Below are positions 22,405 to 35,825 of a stretch of 64,000 bases of DNA, in pieces. The stretch is from assembly GCF_044704955.1 (NCBI RefSeq), contig NC_091981.1, positions 4,402,001-4,466,000 of the forward strand, given 5' to 3'. The notes under the pieces are model-generated. The model worked only from the letters and a program-made list of their open reading frames with translations. It had not been told where the DNA came from and did not search any database. Position 1 is the first letter of the stretch, and the number at the start of each line of letters is the position of its first letter. The stretch is from Pristiophorus japonicus. Lineage: Eukaryota. Position numbers and translations under genes: made by a program.

Positions 22405-23240
22405 TTTGGGGGCGGGGTTTGGGGAGGGGGGCGGGGTTTGCCGAGAGGGGGCGGGGTTTTGTGCAGTGGGCGGGGTTTGCCGCGAGGGGGCGGGGTTTTG
22501 TGCAGTGGGCGGGGTTTGCCGCGAGGGGGCGGGGTTTTGTGCAGTGGGCGGGGTTTGTTGTGACGGTGCGAGGTAAGTGCGGGGGGGGCGGGTTTTTTTT
22601 TCGATAGGGGGCCGGAGTTTGCTGAGCGCGGTCTCGGGCCGGGGGCGGGGTTTGCCGGGAGGGGGCGGGGTCAGTGCCGGGGGGCGGGGTTTATGCAGAG
22701 GGACGGGGTTTGCCGAGAGGGGGCGGGGTCAGTGCCGAGAGGGGGCGGGGTCAGTGCCGGGAGGGGGCGGGGTTAGTGCCGGGGGACGGGGTTTGCCTAG
22801 AGGGGGCGGGGTCAGTTCCGGGAGGGGGCGGGGTCAGTGCCGGGGGGCGGGGTTTATGCAGGGGGACGGGGTTTGCCGAGAGGGGGCGGGGTCAGTGCCG
22901 GGAGGGGCGGGGTCAGTGCCGCTTTGTGTCCGGCGCCGGGCGGCTCCGGGGTCACAGGTCAGGCCGGGCCGGGCGGGGGGGCGGAGACAGCAAAATGGCG
23001 GCGGCCGCGTACGAGACGCTGAAACTGTGAGTGAGGGATGGCGGGGAGGGGGAAGAGCCCGAACCCGGGCCCGGGGGGAGAGAGAGCCAGTGTCTCCCCG
23101 CTTCCCGGCTCGGCCCGGCTCGCGGGGTTTGCGACGCGAGGCCTGGGGCCCAGGCCGCGGCGAGGCGAGGCCCCGGCAGTCCCCGTGGGAACGGGACAAG
23201 GTCCCGGAGGTGTATTTGCCGCGGGTCGAGGATAATGTTC
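22405..23240 (+). promoter_or_regulatory. SACM1L: CpG island / GC-box promoter of SACM1L
   Basis: About 20 GGGCGGGG Sp/KLF boxes, high CpG density, no obvious TATA; YY1-like CAAAATGGCGGC overlaps the start codon (22991-23002). Confidence 0.8.
22995..23026 (+). CDS. SACM1L: SACM1L coding exon 1
   Basis: caaaATGG context; MAAAAYETLK(L) vs human MATAAYEQLKL; donor CT|GTGAGT; 32 nt. Confidence 0.93.
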
Positions 23241-23322
23241 GCCAAGGGCGGCCTCTGAGTGGTGTCACATAGAGAGACACACTTGCATTGGTATAGCGCC
23301 TTTCACCACCACCCGACGTCTC

Positions 23323-24870
23323 ATAAGAAACAGGAGTCGGCCATTCGGCCCCTCGAGCCTGCTCCGCCATTCAATATAACCATGGCTGATCCGATCATGG
23401 GCTCAGCTCCACTCCCCGCCCGCTCCCCTTATCCCCTTATAGTTTAAGAAACTGTCTATTTCTGTCTTAAATATATTCAATGTCCCAGCTTCCACAGCTC
23501 TCTGTGAGTTCCACAGATTTACAACCCTCTCAGAGAAGAAATTTCTCCTCATCTCAGTTTTAAATGGGCGGCCCCTTATTCTAAGACCATGCCCCCTAGT
23601 TCTAGTCTCCCCCATCAGTGGAAACATCCTCTCTGCATCCACCTTGTCAAGCCCCCTCATAATCTTACACGTTTCGATAAGATCACCTCTCATTCTTCTG
23701 AACTCCAATGAGTAGAGGCTCAACCTTTCCTTATGTCAACAACCCTCATCCCCAGAATCAACCTGGTGAACCTTCTCTGAACAACCTCCAAAGCAAATAT
23801 ATCCTTCCTTAAATACGGAGACCAAAACTGCACGCAGTACTCCAGGTGTGGCCTCACCAATATCCTGTACAGTTGTAGCAGGACTTCTCTGCTTTTATAC
23901 TCTATCCCCTTTACAATAAAGGCCAACATTCCAATTGCCTTCCTGATCACTTGCTGTACCTGCATATAACTTTTTGTGTTTTATGTACAATGACCCCCAG
24001 GTCCCTCTGTACTGCAAGTCATTAATCTAGATTGTAAATAGTTGAGGCCCCAGCACTGATCCCTGCGGCACCCCACTAATCACTGTTTGCCAACTGGAAA
24101 ATGACCCTTTTATCCTGACTTTCTGTTAGTTAGCCAATCCTCTATCCATGCTAATATATTACTCCCAACCCCGTGAACTTTTATCTTGTGCAGTAACTTT
24201 TTATGTGGCACCTTATCAAATGCCTTCTGGAAATCCAAATACACCACATCCACTGGTTCCCCTTTATCCACCCTGTTCGTTACATCCTCAAAGAACTCCA
24301 GCAAATTTGTCAAACATGATTTCCCTTTCATAAAATCATGCTGACTCTGCTTGATTGAATTATTCTTTTCCAAATGTCCTGCTACTGCTTCCTTAATAAT
24401 GGACTCCAGCATTTTCCCAACGACAGATGTTAGGCTAACTGGTCTATAGTTTCCTGCTTTTTGTCTGCCTCCTTTTTTAAATAGGGGCATTACATTTGCG
24501 GTTTTCCAATCTGCTGGGACCTCTCCAGAATCCAAGGAATTTTGGTACATTACAGCCAATGCATCCACTATCCCTGCAGCCACTTCTTTTAAGACCCAAT
24601 GATGTAAGCCATCAGATCCGGGGGACTTGTCTGCCTTTAGTCCCATTATTTTACCGAGTACTACTACTTTAGCGGTAGTGATTGTATTAAAGTTCCTCCT
24701 TCCCTATAGCCCTTTGATTATCCACTATTGGGATGTTTTTAGTGTCTTCGACTGTGAAGACCAGTACAAAATATTTATTCAACGTCTCTGCCATTTCCCT
24801 GTTCCCCATTATTAATTCCCCAGTCTCATCCTTTAGGGGACCAACATTTACTTTACCCACTCTTTTTCAA
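23323..24870 (-). mobile_element. CR1 with partial RT domain
   Basis: [38 protein letters not shown]. Confidence 0.92.
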
Positions 24871-24929
24871 TTGCCTTCTCCTTATTCTTAAACTTTTTAC
24901 ATTTTTGCTCACCTGAATCCTCCCCCCCA

Positions 24930-25442
24930 CTTTACAGCCAATGAAATACTTTTTGGAGTGTCGTCACTGTTGTATTGTGGAAAATGTGGCAGCCAATTTG
25001 TACACAGCAAGCTCCCACAAACAGCAATGTGATAATGTCCAGATAATCTGTTTTTAGTGATGTTGGTTGAGGAACAAATATTGACCCCAGAATACTGGAG
25101 AGAACTCCCCTGCTCTTCGAAATAGTGCCATGGGATCTTTTACATCCACCTGAGAGAGCAGACAGGGCCTCGGTTTAACATCTCATCAGAAAGACGGCAC
25201 CTCCGACAGTGGACGCTCTTCAGTACTGTCCCTCCGACAGTGCAGCACTCCCTCGGTACTGTCCCTCTGACAGTGCGGCGCTCCCTCAGTACTGCTCCTC
25301 CGACAGTGCGACGCTTCCTCAGTACTGCCCCTCCGACAGTGCTGCGCTCCCTCAGTACTGCCCCTCTGACAGTGCAGCGCTCCCTCAGTACTGCCCTTCC
25401 GACAGTGCAGCGCTCCCTCAGTACTGCCCCTCCGACAGTGCT
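24930..25442 (-). mobile_element. DeuSINE-like SINE with ~7 units of the 33-bp repeat
   Basis: Reverse complement of the 14775 family. Confidence 0.75.
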
Positions 25443-25529
25443 GGAGTTGGAGAACAGGTTTATGTATTGAATGTGTTTGGCCTGGTCTTTTACCTTTTAA
25501 CCCAAGCTTTAACCCTGCCAACACAGCTT

Positions 25530-25935
25530 GTATTTATATAGCACCTTTAAAGTAGTAAAACGTCCCGAGGCGCTTCACGGTTGCATTATAAAACAAAATT
25601 TGACACCGAGCCACAAAAGGAGATATTGGGGTGGATGAGCAAAAGCTTGGTCAAAGAGGTAGGTTTTAAGGTGTGTCTTTGAGGAAAGGAAGAGGTTTAG
25701 GGAGGGAATTCAAGAGTTTGGGGCCCAGGCAGCTGAAGGCACGGCCGCCAATGGTGGAGTGATTAAAATCAGGGATGCTCAAGAGAGCAGAATTAGAGGA
25801 GTGCAAAGGTCTTGGAGGTTTGTGGGGCTGGAGGTGGTTACAGAGATAGGGAGAGGGGCGAGGGCCATGGAGGGATTTGTAATCAAGGATGAGAATGTTA
25901 AAATCGAGTGGTGCCAGATTTGGAGCCAATGTGAA
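25530..25935 (-). mobile_element. L2 LINE 3' end
   Basis: STIGGRAFSCLGPKL peptide and L2 tail. Confidence 0.75.
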
Positions 25936-27609
25936 CTGGGCTGCTGCTGTTTCGGTTCCTAGCCGGGCTGCACTACATTGCAAGGCTGGCATTCATTGGC
26001 AATTTAACTCCCCCGAGATCACAGGTTTGGCTCTTGTGGGAAATGGAAAATGTAAGCCGAGTCCTTAAGGAGCCTGATAACCGAGCGCTTTTCTGAAGAT
26101 GGAGTAAAGACAAGTTTGTTGGGGCAGTGTCGTGGGAGTTTTTTTCACACGGAAAAGAAAGACTTGCATTTATATAGCACCTTTCACAACCACCGGATGT
26201 CCCATAGAGCTTTACAGCCAATTAAGTACTTTTGAAGTGTAGTCAGTGTTGTAAAGTAACAATTAAAAGTCAAGTAAAATGTTTTGTGATGTACCCGACT
26301 TGGTGATGTGACAGAAGTGTTCTTTTTGTCTGCACTAACACCCCTTGGATAAAAGGCGAGTGGGGAAATTGGACGTGTGTTAGTCACCAGATCCAAGATC
26401 CCTAAAAAAAAAACAATGGTGCTGGTGGTGACAGTGTCTGGGGTATGGCACAAGTCTCCGCATTTTGCTATTTTTAAGATTTGGTTTTGAATGTAGGCAG
26501 TGCTGATAAGGCAGCATTTATTATTCAGAGCCTACTGGAGTCGCCTGTCAGCCAGGCCAGGTTGCTAGTGAACCAGTTGGATTTTTATGACAATCTGGCA
26601 GCTTTTTGAGTCATTTTTATTCTGGTGCCGGCCCACAGATAAATTGAATTCAGTTTTGCGACTTGCCACAGTGGGCCCTGACCTCGTGACCATCGGGTTA
26701 CTTGTTCATTACTGCATATTCTGCTTAGTTCTGCAGTCTCTGGGTCTTGGTGTTTAAGGAAGAACGTCCCAGTTGGAATCCTCAATCCACTAGAATGAAT
26801 CGATAGATTTTTGGACTCTCTGGGAAATCAAGGGATATGGGGATCGGGCGGGAAAGTGGAGTTGAGGTCGAAGATCAGCCGTGATCTTATTGAATGGCGG
26901 AGCAGGCTCGAGGGGCCGAATGGCCTACTCCTGCTTATGTTATGTTATGAATCATAGAACAGTTACAGCACAGGAGGAGGCCATTCGGCCCATCGAGCCT
27001 GTGCCGGCTCTCTGCAAGAGCACCTCAGCCAGTCCCACTCCCCTCGCCCTTTCCCCGTAGTCCTGCAAATATTTTTCCTTCAGGTACTTATCCAACTCTC
27101 TTTTGAAAGCCACGATTGAGTCTGACTCCACCACCCTCTCAGGCAGCGCATTCCAGATCCTAACCACTCGCTGTGTTGAAAATAAAAAAGTGGTTTGTAT
27201 CTGCTGCAACCACATTTTAATTCAGCAGACATTTTCCCAAACTATGCTGTTTATCTCACCATTTATTGTCAACTTTAATTTTAAAATTTCATTCTTGGGA
27301 TGTGGGTGTAGCTGCCCATCCCTAGTTGCCCCGAGAAAGTTTGATACAACTGAAAAGCCTTGCCTGGCCACTTCCAAGGGCAGTTAAGTGTCAACCACAT
27401 TAGTGTGGGATTGAGTGTCACATCAGCCAGACCAACGTTTCCTCTAAGCTATGCTGCCAGGCAACTTCCTGTGGCTTTTCCAATGTGAAATTTCATGCAT
27501 ACGTGAAACTGTGAATGGGCCACACAGCCCCTTAAAGGGTACATGCCCAAATTTAAATTTGTGGGAACATTGGGTCAGATCAGGTAAGGACGGCAGGATT
27601 TCTTCCTTA

Positions 27610-28045
27610 ATCATCATCAGAGGCAGTCCCTCGGAATCGAGGAAGACTTGCTTCCACTCTAAAAGTGAGTTCTCAGGTGGCTGAACAGTCCAATACGGGA
27701 ATTACAGTCTCTGTCACAGGTGGGACAGACAGTGGTTGAGGGAAAGGGAGGGTGGGACTGGTTTGCCGCACGCTCCTTCCGCTGCCTGTGCTTGGTTTCT
27801 GCATGCTCTCGGCGACGAGACTCGAGGTGCTCAGCGCCCTCCCGGATGCACTTCCTCCTTTTAGGGCGGTCTTTGGCCAGGGACTCCCAGGTGTCGGTGG
27901 GGATGTTGCACTTTATCAGGGAGGCTTTGAGGGTGTCCCTGTAACGTTTCCTCTGCCCACCTTTGGCTCATTGCCATGAAGGAATTCCGAGTAGAGCGCT
28001 TGCTTTGGGAATCTCGTGTCTGGCATGCGGACTATGTGGCCTGCA
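27610..28045 (-). mobile_element. RTE 3' fragment
   Basis: AGHIVRMPDTRFPKQALYSE; (GAT)n tail on minus. Confidence 0.8.
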
Positions 28046-29589
28046 TGTGGCTTAAAGGGCATTGATGAACCAGGTGGCTTTCTCGGACAATCCACCAGCT
28101 TCGTGGCCACTTTTAAACTGCCATGGTGGGATTTGAATTTGCGTTCTCTGGATTATCGGTAACAGAATATAACTGCATTACTCTACCTTATGGTTGCCAG
28201 TTAAGACCTTTCTCGGGGGCATTTCTTGTTTACGATTGACTTTAAGCCGTGAAGTTATGCTCCGTTCTGGGTACCGCACCTCGGGAAGGATATATTGACC
28301 TTGGAGAGGTATAGCGCAGATTCACCCTAACATAACATAAGAAATAGGAGCAGGAGTAGTCAATTCGGCTCCAAGGCTGATCATTGACCTTATCTCCGCT
28401 TGCACTATCCCCATATCCATTGATTCCCTTAATATCCAAAAATCTATCGATCTCGGCCTTGAATATACTCAACGACTCAGCATCCACAGTCCTCCGGGGA
28501 AGATAATTCCAAAGATTCACCACCCTCTGAGTGAAGACATTCCTCCTCATCTCAGTCCTAAATGGCCGACTCCTTATCCTGAGACTGTGACCCCTGGTTC
28601 TAGACTCTCCAGCCCGGGGGAAACATCCTCTCAGCATCTACCCTGTCAATCCCTGTAAGAATGTTGTATGTTTCAATGAGATTACCTCATTCTTCTAAAC
28701 TCTAGAGAATATAGGCCCAGTCTCCTCAATCTCTCCTAATAGGGCAATCCCCCCATCCCAGGAATCAGTCTGGCGCACCTCTGCTGCAAACCCCTCTTAA
28801 AGGGTCAAATTATGAGGACATTTTGAATAAACTTGTCTGGTCATCCCTTGAGTATTGAGGTGTGATCTAATCAGGTGTTTAAAATGATAAAAGGATTCGA
28901 TAGAGTAGATTCAGAGAAACTATTTCTTCTGGTGGGAGAATCTCGAACCAGTGGATGTAATCTTGAAATGAGAGCCAGGCCAATCAGGAAAAACTACTTC
29001 ACACAATATGGAACTCACTCTTCCCCCAAAAGACTGTGGAGGCTAGGTCAATTGAAACTTTCAAGACTGAGATTGATGCGATTTTTATTAGATAGCAAGT
29101 AATTTAAAACATTTTAAAATTAATTCCTGGGATGTGGGTGTCACCGGAAAGGCCAGCATTTATTGCCCATCCCTTGTTGCCCTTGAGAAGGTGGCAGTGA
29201 GCGGCCTGGACCCTTTCAGAGGGCAGTTAAGAGTCAGCCACATTGCTGTGGGTCTGGAGTCACATATCGGCCAGACCGGGTAAGGACGGCAGATTTCCTT
29301 CCCTAAAGGGACATCAGTGAACCCAATGGATATGGTGCAAAGGCAGGTGGATGGCGTTGAGGAAGAGACCAGCCATGATCTAATTAAATGGTGGAATGAG
29401 CTCGAGGGGCAGACTGGCCTACTTTTCCTAATTTGCATTGCAAGAATAAAAATGGTGTGCTACTTGTACTGGTAAAGTGTTGTTGCAGTAAAATAGCTAA
29501 TCTAATGAGCAGTGGCTCTGTGGTTCAGCTAACAATCCTATCGAGAGAGATTTGCTCAGGACTATTTCTGCCTGTTAAAGTTCAGGTTA

Positions 29590-30436
29590 ATGAAGAGGAA
29601 GTATAATGTGGATAAATGTGAGGTTATCCACTTTGGTGGTAAAAACAGAGAGACAGACTATTATCTGAATGGTGACAGATTAGGAAAAGGGGAGGTGCAA
29701 AGAGACCTGGGTGTCATGGTACATCAGTCATTGAAGGTTGGCATGCAGGTGCAGCAGGCGGTTAAGAAAGCAAATGGCATGTTGGCCTTCATAGCAAGGG
29801 GATTTGAGTACAGGGGCAGGGAGGTGTTGCTACAGTTGTACAGGGCATTGGTGAGGCCACACCTGGAGTATTGTGTACAGTTTTGGTCTCCTAACCTGAG
29901 GAAGGACATTCTTGCTATTGAGGGAGTGCAGCGAAGGTTCACCAGACTGATTCCCGGGATGGCGGGACTGACCTATCAAGAAAGACTGGATCAACTGGGC
30001 TTGTATTCACTGGAGTTCAGAAGAATGAGAGGGGACCTCATAGAAACATTTAAAATTCTGACGGGGTTAGACAGGTTAGATGCAGGAAGAATGTTCCCAA
30101 TGTTGGGGAAGTCCAGAACCAGGGGTCACAGTCTAAGGATAAGGGGTAAGCCATTTAGGACCGAGATGCGGAGGAACTTCTTCACCCAGAGAGTGGTGAA
30201 CCTGTGGAATTCTCTACCACAGAAAGTTGTTGAGGCCAATTCACTAAATATATTCAAAAAGGAGTTAGATGAGGTCCTTACTGCTAGGGGGATCAAGGGG
30301 TATGGCGAGAAAGCAGGAATGGGGTACTGAAGTTGAATGTTCAGCCATGAACTCATTGAATGGCGGTGCAGGCTAGAAGGGCCGAATGGCCTACTCCTGC
30401 ACCTATTTTCTATGTTTCTATGTTTCTATGTTTCTA
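29590..30436 (+). mobile_element. Young 5'-truncated CR1 with an uninterrupted 246-aa ORF2 C-terminus
   Basis: ORF 29590-30330 has no stops; (ttctatgt)n tail. Confidence 0.92.
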
Positions 30437-31259
30437 AGTGATCATTAAACTTTAGAACTCTGGGTGAGCTCTTGCTTAATCAATCAATCAATCATGGACA
30501 GTCCCTCGGAATCGAGGAAGACTTGCTTCCACTCTTAAAATAAGTCCTTAGGTGACTGGACAGTCCAATACGAGAGCCACAGTCCCTGTCACAGGTGGGA
30601 AAGGGAGGGTGGGACTGGTTTGCCGCTTGGTTTCTGCATGCTCTCGGCGACGAGACTCGAGGTGCTCAGCGCCTTCCCGGATGCTTTTCCACCACTTAGG
30701 GCGGTCTTTGGCCAGGGACTCCCAGCTGTCAGTGGGGATGTTGCACTTTATCAGGGACTCCTTCACGGCAAACAAGCCAAAGGTGGGCAGAGGAAAAAAT
30801 GTTACAGGGGCACCCTCAAAGCCTCTTGCTTAAGTTGGAAAATTAAAGGCAAGTAATATTCCACACAAACCAACCTTTGCATTTTGATAAACACCCATTG
30901 AATTTTTAAATAGCCCAAGGTCATTCCTCCCTGTCCATGTGCGGTGCCTTTAGACCTGGCAATGTTACGCTACACCTTTGCTAGACATCAATACAAGACA
31001 AAGGTTCAGGGCTGTGAGTATAGATTGCAAACTTTAAATCCAAATGGTAGCAACATCCCTGGCTACGAGCCAGCTAAGATTGTGCCATGTCATTCCAATC
31101 CTGGTCTGTGGTGTGGTGTTGATAATGTTTAATTCCCCAAATGTGATGTTAGCATGCCTAGCGCCAGTTCTGCTCCTGGACTTTGAGCTGTGAGCACCTC
31201 AGTGTGAAGTTAAAACCCATTGTTATAATTGCACAATGGTATCACTAGCTTTTTCCGTA

Positions 31260-32205
31260 TTTGAGGTGATCCAAAATTCGGCTGCCCCATGTCCTAACTC
31301 ACACCGAGTCCCGCTCACCCATCACCCCCTGTGCTCGCTGCCCCGTGTCCTAACTCACACCGAGTCCCGCTCACCCATCACCCCCTGTGCTCGCTGCCCC
31401 GTGTCCTAACTCGCACCGAGTCCCGCTCACCCATCACCCCCTGTGCTCGCTGCCCCGTGTCCTAACTCACACCGAGTCCCGCTCACCCATCACCCCCTGT
31501 GCCCCATGTCCTAACTCGCACCGAGTCCCGCTCACCGCTCACCCATCACCCCCTGTGCCCCATGTCCTAACTCGCACCGAGTCCCGCTCACCCATCACCC
31601 CCTGTGCTTGCTGCCCCGTGTCCTAACTCACAACGAGTTCCGTTCACCCATCACCCCCTGTGCTCGCTGCCCTGTGTCCTAACTCGCACCAAGTCCCGCT
31701 CACCCATCACCCCCTGTGCTCACTGCCCCGTGTCCTAACTCACACCGAGTCCCGCTCACCCATCACCCCCTGTGCTCGCTGACCTGCATTGGCTCCCGGT
31801 TAAGCAACGCCTCGATTTTAAAATTCTCATCCTTGTTTTCAAATCCCTCCATGGCCCTCGCCCCTCCCTATCTCTGTAACCACCTGCAGCCCTACTACCC
31901 TCCCAAGATCCCTGTGCTCCTCCAATTCTGGCCTCTTAAGCATTACTGATTTTAATCGCTCAACCATTGGTGGCCTTGCTTTCAGCTGCCTGGGTCCCAA
32001 GCTCTGGAATTCCCTCCCTGAACCTCTCCGCCTCTCTATCCCTCCTCCTTTAAGACGCTCCTTAAAACCGACCTCTTTGACTAAGCTTTTGGTCATCTGC
32101 CCTGATTTCACCTTGTATGGCTCGATGTCAACTTTGTTTATAATGTTCCTGTGCAGCGCACTGACATTTTACTATGTTAAAGGCGCTATATAAATGCAAG
32201 TTGTT
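31260..32205 (+). mobile_element. L2 3' end with an internal 56-bp tandem array (~9 units, 31282-31780)
   Basis: Unit ctgccccgtgtcctaactcacaccgagtcccgctcacccatcaccccctgtgctcg; L2 tail aggcgctatataaatgcaagttg. Confidence 0.85.
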
Positions 32206-32714
32206 CTGTTTGGCTGAAAACAAACCTTACCATGGGGGTGTGGGCAATGATGTCATCTGGACATCTTGTGGCAATCCACGTGCCAGTATTATTTGACTTG
32301 CGTCATGCGTGGCACAACCTGGTCAGGAGCCGTGGGATGAATCGCTATCCCATTTGTGGTGTTGATCATTTGTGACTTAGTTACGTGCGAGTCATTTGTT
32401 CAGCCCTTGGGATATCCGTTGTCCCCTTGGAATCTTCATCGGTTATCCTCCCTCCTTCCGGATATCCTTATTCAGAGGACATATGTCTACATCATCAGGT
32501 TTGGATAGCACCACGGGATGTGCCTGTGCTCAGAAATTGTACACTTTTATGATAACATAAGAAATAGGAGCAGGAGTCGGCCATGCGGCCCCTCGAGCCT
32601 GCTCCTCCATTTAATACGATCATGGCTGATCCAATCATGAACTCGGGTCCACTTCCCTGCCCACTCCCCATGACGTGTTAATAGATGTGAATATTTTGAA
32701 TGGGGTTTGCCGGT

Positions 32715-33055
32715 CGATGCTGAGAGGATGTTTCCCTCGGGCTGGGGAGTCTAGAACCAGGGGTCACAGTCTCAGGATAAGGGGTCGGCCATTTAGGACT
32801 GAGATGAGGAGGAATTTCTTCACTCAGAGGGTGGTGAATCTTTGGAATTCTCTGCCCCAGAGGGCTGTGGATGCTGAGTCGTTGAGTATATTCAAGGCTG
32901 AGATCGATAGATTTTTGGACTCTCGGGGAATCGAGGGATATGGGGATCGGGCGGGAAAGTGGAGTTGAGGTCAAAGATCAGCCGTGATCTTATTGAATGG
33001 CGGGGCAGGCTCGAGGGGCTATGTGGCCTACTCCTGCTAATTCTTTTGTTCTTAT
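32715..33055 (+). mobile_element. CR1 3' fragment
   Basis: ORF 32675-32968 peptide. Confidence 0.85.
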
Positions 33056-33469
33056 TATTGATTTAAATGAGTAGAAGTGCAGATATTGCTCACCAGCAGT
33101 GCTTAACACAAACCCTGTTATGTTGTATATACTCTCTGGCATTTATATCTCTGCCGCCCCCTGCATTTAACCACTCAGCGAAGATCATGGACAGTGAGCT
33201 GTTGCTGTGCCTTGGTAATGCCACTGTGCCACAGAGCTGGGAGGCACACGGTGATCAAATGAGTTGTCTGAGCCTCTGCTTTGATTTCTTGTCTCGCCTG
33301 TCAGTTAATTGAGATTAAAAACTCTGCAGAAAGCAGCACCTTCCATTTTATTTCGATTTTTCTAGCATTTAAAAAAAAAAAACACCCAAGGCGAGTCACA
33401 AGTGGGAATAGAGGAAGCAATTGAGCCTGAACCGAGGAGGGCGTGACCGTAAAGTTGGGTTTTGAAATA

Positions 33470-34065
33470 TAAAGCAAGACTTGCATTTCTATAGTGACTT
33501 CCACCACCTAAAATCGTCCCAAAGCGCTTTACAGCCAATGAAGTACTTTTTGGAGTGTAGTCATTGTTGTATTGTGGGAAACGCAGCAGCCAATTTGTGC
33601 ACAGCAAGCTCCCACACACAGCAATGTGATAATGACCAGATAAGCTGTTTTAGTGATGTTGCTTGAGGGATAAATATTGGCCCCAGGACACCTGGGAGAA
33701 CTCTTCTTCGAAATATTGCCATGGGATCTTTTACGTCACCCGAGAGAGCAGACGTGGCCTCAGTTTAACTGCTCATCCGAAAGCCTGCCCCTCCGACAGT
33801 GCGGCGCTCCCTCAGCACCGCCCCTCCTACAGTGCGGCGCTCCCTCAGCACCGCCCCTCCGACAGTGCGGCGCTCCCTCAGTACTGCCCCTCCGACATTG
33901 CAGTGCTCCTTCAGTACTGCCCTCTGACAGTGCAGCACTCCCTCAGCACTGCACTGGGAATGTCAGCCTAGATTTTTGTGCTCAAGTCTCTGGAGTGGGA
34001 TTTGAATCCACAACCTTCTGACTCAGAGGCGAGGGTGCTGCCCTCTGAGCTATGGCTGAGACACA
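33470..34065 (-). mobile_element. Near full-length DeuSINE-like SINE
   Basis: tRNA-like head (~34000-34065), ~5 units of the 33-bp repeat, family body, L2-like tail. Confidence 0.78.
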
Positions 34066-35825
34066 GATAGTTCTTGAGGGAAGTGGAGCGGCTAAGGGGT
34101 TTTGGGGGAGAGTTCCAGAGCGAGGGACTAGTGCGGTTGAAGACTTTGCCACTCATCTCTATATAAGCTTGCATCCATGGACAGCTTATTTAAATATCCT
34201 GATTTTATTTTGAATTTTCCCTCGCCTCTTGGAGGAAGTAGCCTGCGCTGGGGAATTATTGCACGGGCATGGAGTATGAGATTCTGGTTTTGGCAAAAGT
34301 GAACTATTGCAGATGCTGAAGATCTGAAATAAAACCTGGAAAGGCTGTAAATACTCAGCGGGTCAGGCAGATTCTGTGGAGCGAGAAACAGACTTAACGT
34401 TCCAGGCCGGAGACGTTTTGATCAGAACAGAATCTGTGTTTGGTCACTTTTCTCGATCACCTATCAGCAGTCACAGTGTGGCTCTAAGTTGGAATTGGCA
34501 CCGGGTGTATTGTGGAAGAGTTGAGCGACCAGTGATGCCTTCAGAGCACTCTGAAGTAGCATAAAATTGAACTTTGCCTTTTCTTGGTTCTTGAAGGCAC
34601 ACATCAGACTTCAGTCTGAGATCTTGTGGTTGTGATTGCCAGCACTGATGATATGGGAGGGGTGAAGCGTGTTTTGAAATTATCAAGAATTAATGTTTTT
34701 ATAAAAACATTTGTCAGTAAAAATAGAAATATGTCTAGAGAGGTTCATCGTAAATTTAATGGAGTAGAGGTGATGTATCATGTGGTGCATGGCAGCCTTA
34801 AGTCACAGTTATTTGATGGAGAAGCTGTTTTGTTGATGTCTCTTTTTATTTGTTCCTGGGATGTGGGCGTCGCTGGCAAGGCCGGCATTTATTGCCCATC
34901 CCTAATTGCCCCTTGAGAAGGTGGTGGTGAGCCGCCTTCTTGAACCGCTGCAGTCCGTGTGGTGAAGGTGCTCCCACAGTGCTGTTAGGGAGGGAGTTCC
35001 AGGATTGTGACCCAGCGACGATGAAGGAACAGCCGATATATTTCCAAGTCGGGACGGTGTGTGACTGGGAGGGGAACGTGGAGGTGGTGGTGTTCCCATG
35101 CACCTGCTGCCCTTGTCCTTCTAGGCGGTAGAGGTCGCAGGTTTGGGAGAAGAAGAAGCCTTGGCGAGTTGCTGCAGTGCATCTTGTAGATGGTACACAC
35201 TGCAGCCACGGTGCGCCGGTGGTGGAGGGATTGAGTGTTGAAGGTGGTGAGTAGCGTGCCCATCAAGTGGCTGCTTTGTCCTGGATGGTGTCGAGCTTCT
35301 TGAGTGTTGTTGGAGCTGCAACTCATCCAGGCAAGTGGAGAGTATTCCATCACACTCCTGACTTGTGCCGTGTAGATGGTGGAAAGGCTTTGGGGAGTCA
35401 GGAGGTGAGTATTTTGCCTAATAAATATACAATCGAATGCTAGCAACCGTATGGAAATGATGTAAACGGTTATACAGCTGGTATTAAAAATGGACAGCAG
35501 TGCCAGCAGAAGAATAGAAAATGGAATAAAAACAAAGTAACCAGCTGCCTTGTAGGCAATTGAACAAGCCCCTGTTATATCAATAATACATTTCAAAGAT
35601 AGACTTCAAAGCTGTCATCTCATTTTGGAATACTGCCATGCTACATTGGTCTTGACCCTGGGAGATTACTGCTTTATATCCATTACTGTGGACTGAATAC
35701 TTTCACAACATTGTCACATCCCCCTGCTGGTTAATATGCATCTAGTTCTCTAATGGATATTGAACTGCTTTACTTTGGTCGATGTGGCTCCAATCTAATA
35801 TCGGGGAGGGAGGCAAGTAAATTAT

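Noticed and set aside
22674-22994. In-frame GTG-initiated N-terminal extension of SACM1L
   Set aside because: The open frame is explained by GC-rich repeats; the ATG at 22995 has a strong context and matches the orthologous start
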